IMG/VR virus record: IMGVR_UViG_3300032218_003260
Strand: one strand, 5' to 3'
From: a virus
Taxonomy: Duplodnaviria; Caudoviricetes
Length of the DNA: 64,000 nt
Shown here in pieces: positions 61,723 through 64,000 of this stretch; position 1 is the stretch's first letter, and every line of letters begins with the position of its first letter. The translations under genes were made by a program, and so were the position numbers. The notes under the pieces are model-generated. The model was given only the letters and a program-made list of their open reading frames with translations. It made no database searches and was not told the origin of the DNA.

Positions 61723-61783
61723 TGGCTGGTTGATAGGGCAACCATTTAACCAAGCCCAACACCTAGCGAATGCGTTGGCACCA
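61723..61783. repeat. 61-bp direct repeat, copy 2
   Basis: 8 nt upstream of tRNA-Leu on the minus strand. Confidence 0.9.
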
Positions 61784-61796
61784 CAATTTGTTTGTA

Positions 61797-61973
61797 CTAG
61801 ACGAGCTGCGGCCGAAGCTGTTTTTCAACTTCGGCTCTCAGATTTTCGACTGCCTCCAGACACTTCTGGCGGTTCTCGGGAGTTACGCTCTCGGCGTCCG
61901 CGATCGCTCGACGCGTCCAAGTCGTGCAATCTAAAATCGCCAACACTTGCGCCGGCGTCAAATGAAAAACCAT
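61797..61973 (-). CDS. 58-aa hypothetical protein
   Basis: Manual translation MVFHLTPAQVLAILDC...KQLRPQLV, with an AAAGGAA RBS. Confidence 0.55.
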   Translation of the reverse strand: MVFHLTPAQVLAILDCTTWTRRAIADAESVTPENRQKCLEAVENLRAEVEKQLRPQLV

Positions 61974-61996
61974 TTGGTTCCTTTCTGTTAAAAAAG

Positions 61997-62233
61997 CTAT
62001 GACCCCATGAGCGTTGCGACTTGATCCAGCGTCGCGTTCTTCAAATCAAACGGCGCAGACCAATTGCCGGCGATTTCGATCGGCGTTTCGCTCTTGAGGA
62101 TAATGACGCGCACGAAATCATCCCGGCCATGACAATCGGACAACGCCGTCTTTGCAGCGTCCATGTCGTCGCTCTCGACGATAGCGACGCCAAAACCGGC
62201 ATTGCCCGGAACAAAACCCAACGCTGCAATCAT
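61997..62233 (-). CDS. Small hypothetical protein
   Basis: 78 aa; AAGGAGG RBS. Confidence 0.6.
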   Translation of the reverse strand: MIAALGFVPGNAGFGVAIVESDDMDAAKTALSDCHGRDDFVRVIILKSETPIEIAGNWSAPFDLKNATLDQVATLMGS

Positions 62234-62273
62234 GTTTTCCTCCTTCGCGTGGTGTTAAAAACAATCGCACCAT

Positions 62274-62346
62274 TGACCCCACGGGGATTCGAACCCCGGT
62301 AAACGGAACGAAAATCCGTTGTCCTAGGCCACTAGACGATGGGGCC
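62274..62346 (-). tRNA. trnE: tRNA-Glu(TTC)
   Basis: GGCCCCA acceptor, ACGGA-TTTTCGT-TCCGT anticodon arm, CGGGG-TTCGAAT-CCCCG T-arm. Confidence 0.9.
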
Positions 62347-62355
62347 AGTGTCGTC

Positions 62356-62541
62356 TCAGTCTACCTTTTCGACGTTTAACGCGATAAGAAAACCGCACAT
62401 TTGCGCGAACGTGATCAGCTGCTTCTCTTTGAGTTTGAAGAAATCTGCAAAGTGAGCAAACAGATCGCAGGGCGACAAGTCTGTGGGGTTCTGCGTTTCG
62501 CGCAACTTAGATATCAATTCGGCTGCTCGTTCCAGTGTCAT
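62356..62541 (-). CDS. Small hypothetical protein
   Basis: AAGGAG RBS then MTLERAAEL; 61 aa. Confidence 0.55.
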   Translation of the reverse strand: MTLERAAELISKLRETQNPTDLSPCDLFAHFADFFKLKEKQLITFAQMCGFLIALNVEKVD

Positions 62542-62577
62542 CTCGCTGCTCCTTCGTGTAAAGATAACAAAACCCAA

Positions 62578-62648
62578 TGGGCCGCCAAGGAATCGAACCT
62601 TGCATCGCGAGTTAATAAGACTCGCTTGCCTACCAGTTTCCGCGGCCC
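62578..62648 (-). tRNA. Atypical tRNA-Ile(TAT)-like gene
   Basis: Perfect acceptor GGGCCGC/GCGGCCC and T-arm CAAGG-TTCGATT-CCTTG; anticodon loop CTTATTA; shortened, poorly paired D-arm. Confidence 0.6.
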
Positions 62649-62711
62649 GCGTGGGTGGGGCGCCAGAGGCTTGGGCTACCTCCAGCGCCCCACCGTCAGC
62701 GAGTCTACGCT

Positions 62712-63074
62712 TCAGCGGTAGCGTTTGCACGCATACCACCGGCCATCCCTGCCACGCGCGACCCCTTGGTCTACGACCGCTCTGCCGCTGTTGCTGTAGC
62801 AGCAGTTGCCCAGCGCCTGTTCAGGCGTCGAGCCCGTGCCGACGCCTTCGTAGCCTGAGTTCCCGCCGTGATGTCCCATGCGGCCATTGCTGGCCTGAAG
62901 CTCGGCTACGCCCTGCGCCGAACCGGTGTGCCCGGCATAAGACGTAGCGTACGAGTAGGACTTGACGGGAGCCGGAACCTGAGACGGCGTGTAGTGGCGC
63001 CTATGTCGCGGGGCAGCATGCGCAACGCTGACCATCGAAAGAACGACTGCTACACACATGAGAAAACGAAACAT
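62712..63074 (-). CDS. Exported minimal CAP/SCP-like protein
   Basis: Start MFRFLMC with a signal peptide; RMGHHGG...YEGVG...ALGNCC...GVARG.DGRWYACKRY. Confidence 0.55.
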   Translation of the reverse strand: MFRFLMCVAVVLSMVSVAHAAPRHRRHYTPSQVPAPVKSYSYATSYAGHTGSAQGVAELQASNGRMGHHGGNSGYEGVGTGSTPEQALGNCCYSNSGRAVVDQGVARGRDGRWYACKRYR

Positions 63075-63162
63075 AACGATCCTCCGTGATCCTGTCGCGG
63101 GTGTGCGCGACGTCAAAAAAAGAACCCCACACCGGGTTACACAAACAGACGGTTTCCCGTCT

Positions 63163-63537
63163 TTACGCGGCAGCGAGCTTACGGCGTTTGGCCGCAGCGC
63201 GGCGCAGCTTGACCTCCGGCAAACCCCGCGGACGGCACAATGCGTACTGTACCGCGGCAGCCAGCAGCGCGTTCGAGTTTCGCTGAGAGAACACGTATCC
63301 ACCGTTCTTGTCGTTTGCCAGAAACGGATTACCCTTCCACTTATCAGGGCTCTTGGGATACTTCTTGACACGCTCGTCGAGCCACACTTCGGCCGCATGC
63401 TGGCGAACTTTGTAGAACGTGTTCATCGCCATGGCCCGCAGACCGAGCGTGCGACGATACACATTAACCTGCTCAAAAATCTCCCGCATGAACGACCGAC
63501 AACCGCAGCCCTTGGGGGCAACAAACTGGATCTTCAT
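63163..63537 (-). CDS. Hypothetical protein
   Basis: 124 aa; AAGGAG RBS. Confidence 0.6.
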   Translation of the reverse strand: MKIQFVAPKGCGCRSFMREIFEQVNVYRRTLGLRAMAMNTFYKVRQHAAEVWLDERVKKYPKSPDKWKGNPFLANDKNGGYVFSQRNSNALLAAAVQYALCRPRGLPEVKLRRAAAKRRKLAAA

Positions 63538-63663
63538 CAGAATCTCCTTCTATCATCCCTGAACTTACAGCTGTTACGCGCAGCTGTTTCCCATAGAAAT
63601 CATCGCCGCGTAAAGACGATGATTGTTTTGATATCAACGGGATTGAAGAGTAACCCGGATAAA

Positions 63664-63737
63664 TAGGCGCAAAGGGACTCGAACCCCTAACCCCCTGCAT
63701 GTAAAGCAGGTGCTCTGACCAATTGAGCTATGCGCCT
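63664..63737 (-). tRNA. trnV: tRNA-Val(TAC)
   Basis: AGGCGCA acceptor, CCTGC-TTTACAT-GCAGG anticodon arm, AGGGG-TTCGAGT-CCCTT T-arm. Confidence 0.93.
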
Positions 63738-63743
63738 GCGAGA

Positions 63744-63998
63744 CTACGCCTCGCGCTCTCGCTCGCGGCGTTGACGCCGACGAGCCCACGGAGACCGGTT
63801 CCAGTACCAGCCCCGCCAGCGATTGCAATACGCACGCCAGCGCCGACGCAACTTGTGATACCACTTGTTGCGGCCGATACCGGTGAGGTACTGCTGCGTC
63901 CAGAATTCCATCGACTCGTCTGACGTACCATCCACGTAGCTTTCGCCGCAGTCGAAGCATCGGTTCGCCGGCACACGATACATAGGAACTTTGTGCAT
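63744..63998 (-). CDS. Arg/Trp-rich hypothetical protein (start may lie outside the window)
   Basis: 84 aa with a CFDC motif, at the window edge. Confidence 0.45.
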   Translation of the reverse strand: MHKVPMYRVPANRCFDCGESYVDGTSDESMEFWTQQYLTGIGRNKWYHKLRRRWRAYCNRWRGWYWNRSPWARRRQRREREREA

Positions 63999-64000
63999 TG

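Noticed and set aside
61378-61783. CRISPR array from the 61-bp repeats or TAGCTAAA motifs
   Set aside because: Only two long copies 345 bp apart, with a tRNA between them; no regular repeat-spacer periodicity and no cas genes.
62655-62694. GC-rich hairpin GGTGGGGCGC...GCGCCCCACC upstream of the UAU tRNA as another tRNA
   Set aside because: No TTCGA T-loop or cloverleaf; probably a terminator or processing stem.
331-64000. Numerous plus-strand ORFs of 60-250 aa in the ORF track (e.g. 331-978, 4281-4913, 15734-16315, 29182-29886, 53527-54285)
   Set aside because: They are antisense shadows of long minus-strand genes in GC-rich DNA, with no RBS or recognisable motifs. Only 52943-53272 (thioredoxin) is credible.
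1-64000. Stop-codon recoding or suppressor tRNA
   Set aside because: Long genes are intact in the standard code, all three stops are used, and the anticodons found are TAG (Leu), TTC, TAT and TAC.

Overview
This is a 64-kb segment of a large tailed-phage genome. It has Shine-Dalgarno starts and the standard genetic code, and all but one credible gene is on the minus strand. Left end (1-12 kb): a head-morphogenesis module with a partial major capsid protein, a decoration-like protein, an acidic scaffold-like protein and a prohead protease. 12-19 kb: a minimised multi-subunit RNA polymerase, encoded as a fused beta+beta'-N polypeptide (1467 aa, GADFDGD) and a separate beta'-C polypeptide (626 aa), with both beta' zinc sites lost. 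19-53 kb: many Gly/Ala-rich and multi-domain proteins punctuated by a K-x-[A/G/S] motif, several starting with a shared M-[NR]-[AP]-[YF]-E-F-G leader. I infer that these are head-packaged polyproteins cut by the prohead protease. Their cargo modules include a 2H phosphoesterase, an NPH-I/VETF-like SF2 helicase, an ART-like domain, a Zn peptidase, an acylphosphatase-like fold and a RelA/SpoT-type synthetase. Interspersed are papain-, matrixin- and trypsin-like proteases with holin-like genes, an actin-like ATPase, a GIY-YIG endonuclease, dCMP deaminase, a ferritin-like protein, PhoH and an AlkB-like protein. 48-57 kb: early-type gene cassettes, each with a bipartite CTAAATA-N17-ATAT promoter-like motif and a terminator, bounded by a recurring TGATAGCTAAA element. 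Right end: tmRNA, four tRNA or tRNA-like genes, several stem-closed candidate ncRNAs and a duplicated 61-nt structured element. A Planctomycete host is suggested but not proven. All family assignments come from motif recognition by eye; no database search was run.
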